A stretch of 64,000 bases of DNA, from NCBI RefSeq assembly GCF_009914755.1, contig NC_060944.1; one strand, written 5' to 3'. A program made the position numbers and the translations under genes. How positions within the stretch are numbered: position 1 is the first letter of the stretch; every line of letters begins with the position of its first letter. This document shows, piece after piece, positions 14,171 to 27,739 of this stretch. The notes under the pieces were generated by a model, which saw only the letters and a list, made by a program, of their open reading frames with translations, was not told where the DNA came from and ran no database searches. This DNA comes from the human T2T-CHM13v2.0 reference genome, Homo sapiens.

Positions 14171-15963
14171 TGTTGAACTTGTAACTAATTTAATGCCATT
14201 GTAAGTAGAATCTTCTTTCTGGTTAATTTTTTCAAGTAAAGCAGATTACCTCAGGTTGATTTGCTACATCTTTGCTAGGATGTCAAAAATGTCTGTTGAC
14301 ATCTCTTTTGATACTTTTATCTCACCGTTCATGTGTCAACTGCCAGTTGCTATGTGAGCTCTGATTCTGAATTTAGCAATAAATGCTCTTCACATTACTT
14401 TTCTCTCCACCGTCTATCTCTTCTGGGCTTTGAGTTCAATTCGAGCAGTGAACTTTGAGTTCTCTGACATCAGACTTCTTGACCTCCAGTCAATCATAGA
14501 GTAACTCCTCCCTCTCAATCAAAACCAAATAAAAGTTATATACCCTAGTTGAGTCAACTTGACTGCAGCCTTAAGAAAATCTCACCAAATGCAGCCTTAC
14601 ATGTTCTGACTTGAAATACATCATGTGTTTCCCTTCGGTCCTTCAGCAGGGGTTTGTTCTATTTCAGTGGGCACTAAAATACTGTCTTTCACAGATATTT
14701 CGCCTTGGAAATTTCATGGAAAGTTAGTAGAGTGATGCTACCAACTGTGTGATATGGTTTGGTTTTGGCCTTGCCACAATTCTTAAGGCCTGATGTGAAT
14801 TTCATTTCCTATTGCTTATCCTGTGTGTGTTAACTTTCTGCTTGGTAAAATTGCAAGTTCCCAAAGAAAGCATTCTACAATTGATTAGACCTGGGCCACC
14901 TGGCAATTTCTTTCTAATCTCTTTTATTGTGCTTTCCATAAAAATGACAGCCCTGGTATAAATCCTAGTTTAAATCAATACCAGTAAGTGCTAATCTCTT
15001 CACAGCACTGGAGATGAAAATGTCAAATGGTACCTGCTGGGCATTAGAACTCCTACTGTAAATCATCAAAAATTAAAGCAACACCAAATTGATTTTATTT
15101 TCCTCTTTTAAAACATCATTTTAGATTCATTATTTTTTACAGTTAAGTTATTCTTTTTTCTTTTTGCTTATGCTCTGGTTAGATGAGATTGATGAACTGA
15201 ATTTGGCATGGCAAATGTGTTGATGTCCCATGACACAATATACAAGATCCATACCTGAATTAGGAAGAGCCTGAGGATGAAGTTGATATTTTAGAGTGTG
15301 ATGTATATATTTAAGTGACATTTTAATCCTTCTTCATGTGATAACACCACGATAACATGGAATCTTGGTTGAAGAAGCTAAACCACAAGAAGGTATCTAG
15401 TAAACCTACAGTCATGGAATAGAATTTCTAGTCCTTTGTAGCCCCTCCTTGAGACTATTGTCAAAACTACCACAAGCTACACTAAAGGATGCTCTCAGTA
15501 GGAGTTAGCTGCCTGGAATCTGAGCATCTTAACAACAAGATATAGAAAAAAATGCATAGATAAATTGCTAAGTTTTCAAGTGATCCTGGAAGAATTGGGC
15601 AATAGTTTTTAAATCCAGGAAAAACTTAACTAAGAATCTTGCCCAGCTTCTTACACTAGTTATTTTATCAAATAAGAAACCAAAACCTTGGGAAATTTAG
15701 TGACAGTCATGGTCACAGGTTTAAAGGCAATGCAGTAGATCTCTAGATATTTAATTAGGGTTTCTTCTTGTTTCATCACAGAGAAAATACAAGGACTACA
15801 CCCACATTGAGCATGGGACATGGAAAAATCTGATGTGTGTGTGTATGTGTGTGTTTTCATAAAAATAGTTAATACTCAGAGAATAAAGTCTTAATATGTG
15901 CTAATAAAATGGAGGAGTGACAGGAAGAAACAAATGTTACAAAGTGAAGACTTAATTTAACTA

Positions 15964-16291
15964 TAGATGCTTCATGACTTATGATGGGGTTATAGCCAGA
16001 TAAATGCATCTCAGGTTGAAAATGCGTTTAATACACCTAACCTACCAAACATCATAGCTTAACTAGACTTAAACATGCTCAGAACACTTACATTAGCCTA
16101 TGGTTGAGCAAAATCATTGAACACAAAGCCTGTTTTATAATAAAGTATCATATATCTCATGTAATTTATTGAACACTGTGCTGAAAGTAAAAACAGAATT
16201 GTTGAATGAGTATTTGAAGTATGATTTCTGCTGAAGGCATATCACTTTCTCACCATTATAAATTCAACCATCGTAAGTCAGGGACTGTCTG
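15964..16291 (+). mobile_element. MER47A-like Tigger DNA transposon
   Basis: AGATGCTTCATGACTTATGATGG ... CCATCGTAAGTCAGGGACTGTCTG imperfect terminal inverted repeats flanked by TA; internal TAATACACCTAACCTACC. Confidence 0.88.
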
Positions 16292-17449
16292 TAGTTAGTT
16301 TCAGATTTACTTCTAGACAAAATACTTTTTATGTTGTGTGGTTCTCTTCCATCTCTCATAGAGGATGCTAATTGGCAAGGAAATGCTTAAGAAATATGTA
16401 AGCCAAAGGAGTGGCAGAAAAAGACTCATTCAGTTATACAAGGTAGTCATCAAGCAAGGAGCCCACCTTTGCATAATGGAGAATTCGGGACAGTTTCATG
16501 AACTGACAACAAAGATTTCTCCAATCCTTGCTTAGTTCATCAAGTTATTCATCAGTTTAAGTTCATTAACAGTACTAACTAAAGTGCAAGGCCCTCAAAA
16601 TTACTTGTCTTTCCTCCATCAGTTTAAGTCTTGCAAGGCCAAGCAGATAACAGAAATGAGCAATGTGGACTCAGTAGAGACTGGCAAATTGTGAAGCATA
16701 TGGAAAGGAAATAGCCTCTGCCTAGCTCTTACAAGCTGGGAGCAGGGGAGAATGAAGACACAATGTAACTAGCTGAGCTCACTTTTGCAGAGATGCCAGA
16801 AATCCAAAAATTGATGCAAATTATAAATTTATAAATTTGACAATTCAAAATCATGGAAACACATCTGGGGCTGCTAATGTGAGAGCTTTAACTAAGAACG
16901 AGAAACCACTTTAGGGTTTAATAAACAGGAAAGGGTAAACCATGGAAGGTTACCAGTTTCAGGGACACCTGTAGTTTCTCTTAACAGTTTCCACTTACCA
17001 GTGAGCAAATGGTCACTGATTTCAGAGGTATGTGTCATATAGAAGAATGAATTTACATCAGAAACAGAGAGGTCAGCGTCTGATTGCAGGTTCTGAAGAG
17101 AATGCTACAGTCAGTGGGATGAACAATGATAGGGGAATCAGACTGGAGTTGCCACTAGTTAAGCTATAGAAACCTAAGTGAATCACTCAACCTCTCGTGA
17201 AGAGTCTTTCTCATTTGTGAATTTTAGATTAAAAAATACCTGATTTACCTGATCCACAGCTTTATCATAATAGACAGTGAACAGGAAATAAAAATAAAAG
17301 TTTCATTACAGAAGTGCGTAAGAGAATTCACATCCTGATCCCCTCCAGAACTGAGGTCCAAAATTCAGAAGGAATTAGAACTTCAGTGTGCATTCTGAGA
17401 AGAAACACAAAGGCATAGAGGATGGAAATAAGAATACTGAGGAATGGTG

Positions 17450-17884
17450 AAGTGGACAATGTCCGAGCTCTCTGCCCAGAGCCCTCGGGAACCCGTTTTT
17501 ATCATTTCTGTGTGCCGCTTCCCAGCTTTTGTGTCCTTTTACTTCTAAAAGCTGCAGTGGTGCCGCTTACGGTGACTGCTCCAACGGTATGAGAGCTGCT
17601 TTGCTTATACAGGGAACCTGGGGTTTGTACTCCCATGATTTGGTCCTTAGCCAATGGCAGCTCCCTCAGAACAAAATTCTAGGATGTAATTGGACACTCT
17701 AGAGCCGCCCTACAGGACCAGGCTGAAGTGAGGATTTTTCCTGAAATCACAACAATTGCTTTACTTCTTTCCTTTCCTTGTCCTGCTTTCTCCACTCCCT
17801 TATCAGAGTTTGTGGGAGCACTCATTCATAAATCACGTGTGAATCCTTCTCTTTCGGTGTGCTTCTAAGAGTCTGTACTAAAAC
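17450..17884 (+). mobile_element. LTR16-like ERVL solo LTR
   Basis: CCTTAGCCAATGG...CCTTGTCCTGCTTTCTCCACTCCCTTA...GAGCACTC..ATAAATCAC...CTAAAACA end. Confidence 0.6.
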
Positions 17885-19970
17885 ATCCACACATTTATCG
17901 AAACTGGCTTACTTTATTAAGAACTATGTTTCCATTAAAAAATAAAGCATGTCTACTGTAAGCAGCAAAAAAAGAAAAAAAAAAGGGAAAAAGCTACATT
18001 TTTCCTGCAAAAATTTAAGACATTTTTACAAATAAAACAAACGTTTGTTTCAGAGCTGAGGATTTGGGGGGTGGTGTGTGTAAGAGTTACACTTCAAAAG
18101 CTACATAAGAAATAGTTGCATCCTTCATGACATATCCAACTAAACAGTAATGAATGGTGTAAATCTCACTGTGCAACTAGCTGTATTTAGGCATTAGACA
18201 GGATATAATGGCCAAGAGACAAAACAGAACAAAAACTGTTTCAACTAAGACATTAAGGGTGAGATGTTACTATGTAAATCAAGATCTATCATTTCTTGTA
18301 TTTGGGGATCAGATATGTTACTTCTTACAAACAAAGAGATAAATAGGGTAACATTTACAATTGTGTTATTTTCCCATATCCCAAAATTAAAAAAAAATTC
18401 TTTAACATCACAAGCTACAACAATTAACAAATTCCACTGTAATTTACAAATGCACAGATACATAATTGGGCTAACAGATATTTATGAAGCTACTTGTAAC
18501 AGAAACAGTACTAAAATCATAACACATTTTTCAAAAATAACTTAGTTGAGTTCTTTATATCCGGTGATATTTCAGATACATTTGGTAATGAGTGCAAAAA
18601 TCAGTAAGTAAATTAAATCTCAGGAGTTTCTACTTTGTGCTTAAGCACTGCGGGCTATTTGTTTTATTTTAGTGATCTGTTCAGTTGGAGGTATATCAGA
18701 ACTGAAAACAGTATTCTCATAGATAATGTAATTTTAAGTCTTTTTTATTCGAAGACAGTATAAATAGGAAGAATATTGAAAAGTGAAAATTATCTTAGGC
18801 TGTTGAAGAATATCTTAGCATGCTGAAGGACTTTGGCAAGTCATATTGTAGGTAACTTCCCTCAATTATGGTAAACAACTGATTTTCTAAGGCCATTTTT
18901 AAAATACAAGTAATTTAGTAAATATGAGCCCAAGTTTTGTATCATAGGAAAACTTTTGCCTAAAAATCTAGTAAGAAGATGGAATATCATTTTGAAACTT
19001 AAAACCTAGATGCTTATATCCAATAAAACTAAAATTTAATTGCAAAACAAAATATCAGTATTCTCAGGTACATGAGGTCTCAGGGAGAATAGCATGCTAC
19101 AAAAGCACTGAGACATTCTCCAGAAGAGAGAAATTAATCCGACAGAAGGCAACGGTCTATGGGAAGAAAGACTGTGCAATGTTTATTTCTAATTAAAAGG
19201 TAATAAATGAGTATATCTCTAAGAATATTCGATCAAAATTCCAAATAATCCCAATGTGGCTGGAGGTGAAGTGAGGAACAAAACAAGAAATTGCTATTCT
19301 TCTTTTTTCCTCCAGAGCAATGACACAGTTATTGACAGCTTCAGACATTGATGGAGACAAATCAGCTGGGTTGGTCTTAACATGTTAGGAGAAAGCCCCT
19401 AAAGAATAAAAATAGTGCTGCACTTTCAAATCAATAGCATAGCATTAAAATTATTTTTATAAAAGAAAAAAGTTCAAATACAAGACTATTCGATATATGG
19501 ATTTAAATCCTTTATTTCATAACAATGAGCATTAGCTGAAGTATGTGCTGGTCACCTTGATTTTCAAGACATTTAAAACTATTTCATCTTAATTTGTTAT
19601 TTTCAACTATTATCTTGGGGTATGTTTCATAATATATATAATGTATTACTACATATATATCGTATACATACACCGTAGGCACAAGTCAAAGTATTTTACA
19701 GATAGAAAATGTGATCAAGAAAACATAGTGTACAGGATAAAGGCCAACTTTCTCTCCTTGGCATTTACAGCCCCTTCATATTCTGGCCAAAAATCCATTT
19801 CCAGCCTGATGACCCTCTATTTCATTCACTGACACCTCAGTTCTAACTGAGACATCTCCTTGGGCATCTTATTGCCCTGCATTGATATTCCCTGCATCAA
19901 TCTTCTCACGTCTGGGGCCTTTCTTCCCTTCCTGGCTCCTATCAAGGTTTCCCTCGCTCAGGAAGCCTTC

Positions 19971-20068
19971 CCTGCCCTGCCATGCATTAGTAACACACTA
20001 GGCCACTGAATATTCAGTGTCTAGGTTTCAGGGAGGGTCTTGTGATACATTCGTGATTTGCAAAGGTA
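19971..20068 (+). repeat. Dispersed direct repeat copy 1 (98 bp)
   Basis: 94/98 identical to 22284-22381. Confidence 0.95.
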
Positions 20069-21771
20069 TGATTCATGATTGCAAAAGCAATGTCTTCTCT
20101 GCGCTGATTTAATCTACAGCACTTTCAAATTTCAGCCAATGGTTACCTTGTCATGTATCCAAACTTTCTCCTCCCAGCTAAATATTGAGCTCCCAGGGGT
20201 ATGGACAGACCATGGCTGATGCCCTTCTGAGTGCTTTCCCCATGCGGAAAGAGACACACTACAGAACCATAAATAAATATTTGTTAATGAAAAACTGACT
20301 TGTGGTCAGTTTATTTATCCAGAGGATGTAATGAGCCTCATCCTTCACTTTTCCCATGAGTGTATTGCTGACTACACCCTACGGAAATTGGGGCTTTAAG
20401 GCAAAACCTAATATAAGAGTTTGGAGATCTGGAGACCTTGTTTTGAGTCATAGTCTGCTGCTGTTAAAGTCCACAAAGCCTGTTTTCTCACCAACAAATG
20501 AGATAATAATGACCAACGCATGCAGTTGTAAGGATTAAATGAGAAAAATAATATAATAAAGATGCTTAAGATGTCTTTGTTGTTACTCTATGTTCATCTC
20601 CAAAGCAGCTTCTGTTACCAATCTTTAACCAAAACTCAAGATAACAATGGTTTGCATGCTATCAATTTCCTGGAGATTAGAGAGCAATTCTAATTGGAAG
20701 GTGTCCAGCAGACCTAAATGGTTCTAGAGAGAAGGTCCCTCTGTCACTATGAAAAGTAAACCGTAAGTCCCTTATGCCCCCTAGTTAGTAGCTTTTGTAT
20801 TCTAATGAGAAAAGTGAAGTTTAGGGTCTCAATCCAATTCTACAATCATTTGTTGAGCAATTACAAAATTTAGAAATCACTGGTTTTGCCTTTACCTCTC
20901 CTCCAAGCCAGGCAACCCACACTCTCTCCTCTGCCTCCCTTTAAATTCTATCCCACATTCGATTAAAGTACTTGCTTTTCTACCTGCCAATTAACAGCAG
21001 CTTTTGGGCTTGACCTCCTCTGAAGGCATTACTAGGTCCTCCTGTTTTCCTCCTACAGCATCCAGTGGAAGTGCCAATCCAGTACAGACCACCACGTGGT
21101 CCATGCTAAACCTCATGCAAAGGCAGGGGCAATGTGGATGGGAGAGAAGAAGCTTTAAGGGGAAGAAGGGCGTTAAAGTTGACTTTCCTCAATTTTCAGA
21201 TTCCATTATGAGGATTCCATCCACATAGTGGAGAGGAGTTTCCACTGCTGGAAAAATAGAAGGATGGAAACCATAGTATTGAAAAAATGATTCATTATTT
21301 AAAGGAAAAGCAACCGGCCTTGATTTAAGCCATGCTGAGGGATGCTCAGCCTCAAGGCAAACTTTCTGCTGTTCAGTTTGTGTCCACTGATCATGAACCC
21401 AGAAGCCTCAGATTGCATATTTGTTTAAGCCTTTCTTTTTCATTTTCCCTCCCTTGATCTGAAAAGCTTTGGTGATTATACAGATTGAGACAGAATTCTG
21501 TCACCAGAAAGAATTGTGTTCTTTGTTCTGTGGCTTCTCTTCATTAGATGTGTGTGTTGCCTTTATAAATCCCAAAGATTGTTTAGCAACCTGAGACTGT
21601 GATCCGAGTGGGTGATGCATGTCATGTGCTTTATTACCATCAAACTCAAGGACGACAGAAAAAAGAACAGTCACAATCTGTTTGTTGGAACTGTTGCCTT
21701 CCCCTTACCCAGAGCCAACACGTAGCTTCTCCTGTCTTCCATGCTAACACAGGCAACCAACTCACAGCCAA

Positions 21772-22229
21772 CGAGACAGGAATAATGCAGGGTGGATGCA
21801 GGAGAATAGAAAACTCCAGGCAGCAGTTTCACATGACTAGCAAAAGGAAACTATTGAAATAGGTTCAGAAGCTAGGGACTGATAAGACCCTGAAAAACCA
21901 GGGTGTAGGCCAAACCGGCTAAGACAAACTGGATGCACCATGGCACTGGATTTGATATAGGACCTCATTATATGCTTGTGAACATATTGAATCACATACC
22001 CACCAGTGCGGTAAAGATACAAGCCCGAAAACCTGCAGCGTGACTCACTCTCTTGATATTCAAGTGCATGCTACCCTTTACTGAGTGTGTACTTTTACTT
22101 TGCTATAAATCTCAGTTCTTTCACTATTTTCAGGCGTATCTTGAATTCCTTCTCACCTAAGAGCCTGGACACCAGCTAAGGTTGAGGTTGCACTGACATT
22201 CGGGGACCTCGTCCAGCCCATCGGTATCA
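21772..22229 (+). mobile_element. ERV1 solo LTR (MER66/MER41-like)
   Basis: GAGACAGGAATAATGCAGGGTGG...GGCAGCAGTTTCACATGACTAGCAAAAGGAAAC...CTTGAATTCCTTCTC...GGTATCA. Confidence 0.75.
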
Positions 22230-22283
22230 TCAGAATGCTCTTTTCCCAGTGGTACCAATGTAGTGATATGAAAAAGCAACTTT

Positions 22284-22381
22284 CCTGCCCTGCCATGCAT
22301 TAGTAACCCACTAGGCCACTGAATATTCAGTGTCTAGGTTTCAGGGAGGGTCCTGTGGTACACTCGTGATTTGCAAAGGTA
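22284..22381 (+). repeat. Dispersed direct repeat copy 2 (98 bp)
   Basis: 94/98 identical to 19971-20068. Confidence 0.95.
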
Positions 22382-22769
22382 ACTATGGATGGTAGATTTT
22401 CAAAGGAGTTGCCTTTACCAAAGAAATATAATAAAGAAAATTCCATTAAAAAAGGATACAATAGGACACAGGGAGAAAGTGAAAAGCAAAAAAGATGAGT
22501 TTCTCCAATAACAGCCTTTCTTGTCTTCTTAAGGGAAGCTGGAATGCTTGAGGGCCATCTGCAGGAAAATTTATTCCAATTAAGCAAGTCTTTTTTAGCA
22601 TCTTTATGCTTGTGTCTGCGAGCAAAACCTTTGAATGGTGGTATAATTCTCTGCCCATAGGTGTTTTAATTTAATAGCACCTAGCTTAATTCTAAGCTCA
22701 TAGGCACTCAAAAAATAAGTAAATGATTGATTCAAAAGAATTGTATCACTTGGACTTAAAAGAACTCTC

Positions 22770-23190
22770 AGAGAAACTGATGCTTAAAGAGGTTAAGTAA
22801 CCATCTCAAGGGCATATAACTGGGAAGTTATGGAATCCAGATTTGAATCCAAGTGTGTTTAAGAAGCACACGCTCTTTCTCCTGATTGTGGAGATAGGAC
22901 TAATAGGGGCACAATATCATGGTCAAGAGCGCGGGCTCAAGGGAGTGTTCGGTGTGGCAGACTCCATGCATTTGAATTCTGGGTTCACAACTTAGTAGCT
23001 CAGTGATCTTGCTCAGGAAAACAACCTAATCTCTTTGTGCCTTAATTTTAGCATATGTAAAATGGGGATAAGAAAAGTATCTACTTCAAAGCCTCATTTC
23101 AAGTATTAAAGGAGTTAACATGTGTAAGGAACTAAAACAGTGCCTGATATATAGTGAGTACTCAGTGGATCACTTCAGCTATTTTACATG
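22770..23190. mobile_element. MIR fragments
   Basis: GAGAAACTGATGCTTAAAGAGGTTAAGTAAC and CTCTTTGTGCCTTAATTTT...TGTAAAATGGGGATAA...AACAGTGCCTG. Confidence 0.7.
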
Positions 23191-23800
23191 ATTATTGAAG
23201 TCAGGGAATACATTTCATCCAGTAATAAAACCTTCAATTTACATTATAAGTTGTTACGTGCTGGATCTCTTGAAAACATAATGCACGATGAGAGAGTAGA
23301 GGACAGTGACTGAAAATCATCACAATCTTCCTTTGCACAAGAATGATGCATTACTATCATCTCCATCACCACCTCATTTTCATTATCTTCACCACCAATT
23401 CCATTTCATAACACATTTGCTTCATGTCTCACTTACAGTCACAAACTTCTTTGATAGACAAGAAAGGGACCCATGTTGAGATCTACATTCTCAAATCAGG
23501 TTAAGAGGGACAGCGATGCTTATTTCACTGTCTATGTGTTTATACCTGATTCTTTCAACCAGGGAGACAGCCTGACCCATGGAGAAAGCACGAGTCAAAG
23601 GTCAAATGCATCCACCTGCAGGTCCTGTCACTGACCACTTAGCATCCCACAATATCACTGAACCTCAGTTTGCTCATACGTAAAATAAAATTTTAAAAAA
23701 TAGAAAATGTAGGTAGCGTGTCTAGCTCAGATGGCTCTAGTCCCTTACTGTGACCCAACCATTTCTAATTTGGCACAAGTTACAATAAAAAACAAGCGTG

Positions 23801-23963
23801 ATACTTACCTGGCAGGGCAAATACCATCATCACAAAGGTGGTTTTCCCAGGGTAAGCCTTATCCATTGCACTCTGGATGTACAAACTCCTGCAATTTCCC
23901 CAAATATGGGAAACTCGACTGCATCATTTGTTGTCATGGGGACTGCATTTGCACTTTCCCCTA
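23801..23963 (+). pseudogene. Full-length U1 snRNA retrocopy
   Basis: ATACTTACCTGGCAGG...GGTTTTCCCAGGG...ATCCATTGCACTC...GGGAAACTCGACTGCAT...CTTTCCCCT; Sm site degraded (CATTTGTTG); A-tail and degenerate TSD. Confidence 0.96.
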
Positions 23964-24429
23964 ATTTTAAAAAAAGAAGACAAGCACAATTCAGATAAGT
24001 AAAATAGAATTAATTAAATGCACGAAAGAGAGGAATAACCAAATACTTTGAGAGCTGAGCTAGTTCCTATAATTAGGCAATATTCATGACTCTGAGCCTC
24101 CTGGAAGTGAGGGCAAAAATGGAAATAAAAGAGTTTCCCCAAAAGGAAGAAGCATACCAATGCTTCAAAAGAAATAAAGTCTAAACTGACAACAGGTAAC
24201 GAGATATTTCTCATGTAAAACCTTATAAGGGTAACATTGAGTGCCATGATAGATAGGTCTTCTGACATCAGTTTCATTTAAAAAATGCAGGCCAGATTTT
24301 TACTTGGATGCTTTAAAAAGGAACTTGGATAACAACTGAGAGGTTAACATCAAAATCCATTTCAGTTCAAGTGATTCTGGAGGGGATTAAGCTGATATGG
24401 TCTCAGAATGATGCCTGACAGTAATTAAA

Positions 24430-24990
24430 CATAATACAAGTGCAGAATCAGGAAAGCATAACCACTCTGAGTGCTATGGAATAAGAAATTTTTTATAGGA
24501 ATTCAACTTTACACAATTGTGGAAGGTGCTAGAGAATAAGGGTCCAAAAATGGGAGTTGGAGAATCAGGGGAAGGTCATCAGCCAGGCCTCCTGGAGCAC
24601 TGACACCAATGGACACATCAGAGGTCCCAGGAGAACTTAGAAGCCAAGCATGCCTAACAACCAGAGTGGGCCCCTAGCCGAGCTGGTGGAGGAGTTTATG
24701 GAAGTTCTTGCCACTTCACACATAGTGCCTTTGTGAGTTTGCAGCCAAGAATCCAGTGGTCAGCCTGGAGTTGCTCTTGGTCAACAGGGCTAGGAGTTAA
24801 TAGGGAGAGTTGGACATGAGGTTGGGAGAGGCAGTGGTAAAACAGAACCCACCTGTGCACCTGTCTCTCTCTGCAAACGACAACCATGACCTTCAGACAT
24901 TGTAACTGTGTCCTCGCATTGCTTCTTCAAACCACCACAAAGTTCTCTTTGGCCAACTGCAGTCTAGAAACACACAAAGAAAAGGATTCT
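24430..24990 (-). mobile_element. Probable old ERVL/MaLR-type LTR
   Basis: ATCAGGAAAGCATAACCACTCTGAG...TTTATAGGAATT...CTTTACACAATTGTGG pattern; family uncertain. Confidence 0.4.
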
Positions 24991-26249
24991 GGCAAACTTA
25001 GTAACAGGTGAGCCAAGTGTTTCCTGAACAAAAACCATGCAGAACTGCATTCCAGCCAGCGAAAAGGAGAAAGAGAAAAAATGGAGAAATAAGCTAAGGG
25101 TGACTTCCTCCCTTCTCATAGGATTGTTTTTGTAAGCTGCTCGTGGCATTTCTTCCCTCATTTCAATGGCCAGCAGTTAAATCATTCTGTGGCCATATAT
25201 CATCCTGGTTTTCAGGTAAAATTCCAGGACGTGGCAAAGAAGACCCAGATAACTGCGTGCTTTAATGCTTGACCTAACCAAAACCTCTGGACTGCATTGA
25301 AACTGATTCACCTTCCATGGCCTGTCTGGATCTAGCCAAGTCAAAAGATATACTTGAATAAAAGTGACTAACACAATGGCAACCCAGCCCAAAATGAGGC
25401 TTCTAATGAGAGGGTGATAATACTAGGTGGGGCTGAAAAACTTGGTCTTCTAGTCAGTAATATGATTATGCTTATAATAATATGATAATTTTACTGAGGA
25501 TTCACTCTATACAAGGCACTGTGTATGTTTTATCCTATTTAATTCCCACAATACTAAAAGGGTTCACAAAAGACTATATGGAGTCACCATAAGTTTAAAA
25601 TCTTGCTCTAAGTCACACCTAGATTGCTAACAAGGACCAATCTAGGTTTTGAACTCTGACCTGACTGACTCTATCACACTCACCCTCATTTTCCTTGTCT
25701 CCTCCCACACTGATGTTTAGAAAAGCAACAGAGCGAAGTGCTCAGCATGAAGGAGAGGCATTATGCAAATTTTAACTCTTAAAGGTATTCGCAATTTGCC
25801 CAACTATATCATGAGTACTGGCTTTTACCTGGTGTGTAGCTATAATGTGCAAGTTGCATATTAACTCCATTCCAGAGATGATCTCATGGCTCAAGATTGC
25901 TGCTCTGGCTCCAGCCATCAGCAGTAGCTCTCAGCTAATGCAGGTGGCATCACCCTCTCCACTTCCTCACCCTTCCAGGGTTGCATAATAGTAAGATGAG
26001 TAATTTGCTTAGAGCTCCCACACACTTTGCAAATAACATCCTGAGTTTCAGAATTCATGTCAGTTTGCCTGTGAGGCTAAACACTTGAAGTGCTCCTCCT
26101 TCAAAGTCACATAAACCATAAACCCAGTCCTGAGAGTTGGTCTTTTGGCCAGGACCTTATATACCTATTGATCTAGCCACTTAAAGACATCTTTGTTAAT
26201 ATATTGTTCCTAATGCTGTTGGGTAATTGAGGTCTTTGTTTTTCAAATG

Positions 26250-27400
26250 TTTATTTATTTATTATTTTAATAGACAAATTGAAACTTTAATTGACAAAGT
26301 ACAATTGTATATATTTTATATCATTTTTGAAATATGTGTGTAATGTAGAATAATTAAATCTAGCTACTTAACAGATGCATTACCTCACATAATTACCATT
26401 TTTGCATGTGTTGAGAGTGCTTAAAATCTACTCATTTAACAATTTTCACAAAGGACATGAACAGATACTTTTCAAAACAAAACATATATGCAGCCAATGA
26501 GCATATAAAAAAGCTCAATATCATTGATTGTTAGAGAAACGCAAGTAAAACCACAAAGAGGTACGATCTCATACCAGTCAGAATGACTATGACTACAAAT
26601 TTTTAAATAACAGATGCTGGTGAGGTTGTGGAAAAAAAGGAACACTTATACACTGTTGGTTGGAGTATAAATCAGTTGAACCATTATGGAAGACAGTGTG
26701 GCAATTCCTCAAAGACCTAAAAACAGAACTACCATTGGACCCAGTAATCTCATTACTGGATATATACCCAAAGGAATATAAATCATTCTATTATGAAGAC
26801 ACATACGTGTGTATGTTAATTGCAGCACTATTCACCGTAGCAAAAACATGGACTCAACCTAAATGCCCATCAATGATAGACAGGACAAAGAAAATGTGGC
26901 ATATATACACCAAGGAATACAAGCAGCCAAAAATAAAACCACAAAATCAACAACAACAACAACAACAAAAAAGATTATGTCCTTTGCAGGAACATGGATG
27001 GAGCTGCTGGAGGGAGCTGGAGGCCATTATCTTTAGCAAACTAATGCCGGAACAGAAATCCAAATGTCACATGTTCTCACTTACAAGTGGGAGCTAAAGA
27101 GAACACATGACACAGAGGGGAACTACACACACTGGGACCCACTGGAGGTTGGAGGGTGAGAGGAGGGAGAGGATCAGGAAACATAACTAATGAGTATTAG
27201 GCTTAATACCTAGGTGATCAAATAATTTGTACAACGAACCCCCATGACAGGAGTTTGCCTATATAACAAACCTGCACATGTACCCCTGAACTTAAAAGTT
27301 TAAAAGAAGGATACAACATGATTAATTATAGTCACCATATTGTACAATAGATCTCCTGAACTTATTCCTCCTATCTAACTAAAATTTTGTACCTTAAGGT
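26250..27400. mobile_element. L1PB-type 3' end (+, ~26450-27305) inserted into an antisense L1MA 3' end
   Basis: ORF 26660-27097 resembles ORF2p C-terminus; flanks CTTAAAATCTACTC...AATTTTCA and ATAGTCACCATATTGTACAATAGATCTC are contiguous L1MA antisense sequence. Confidence 0.85.
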
Positions 27401-27435
27401 CTGTTCAAGTATTAGGCTCTGGTGAACAGGTAGAA

Positions 27436-27739
27436 TTTTTTTTTTTTTTTTTTTTTTTTGAGATGGAGTCTTGCTTTGTCACCCAGGCTGAAGTGTAATG
27501 GCACAATCCTGGCTCACTGCAACCTCCGCCTCCCATGTTCAAACGATTCTCCTGCCTCAGCCTCCTGAGTAGCTGGGATTATAGGCGTGTGCCACCACGC
27601 CCAGCTAATTTTTGTATTTTTAGTAGAGACAGGGTTTCACCATGTTGGTCAGGCTGGTCTCGAACTCCTGACCTCATGATCTGCCCACTTTGGCCTCCCA
27701 AAGTACTAGGATTACAGCCATGAGCCACTACGCTCAGCC
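27436..27739 (-). mobile_element. AluS
   Basis: Poly(T) then reverse Alu; TSD TAGAATTTT on both sides. Confidence 0.95.
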
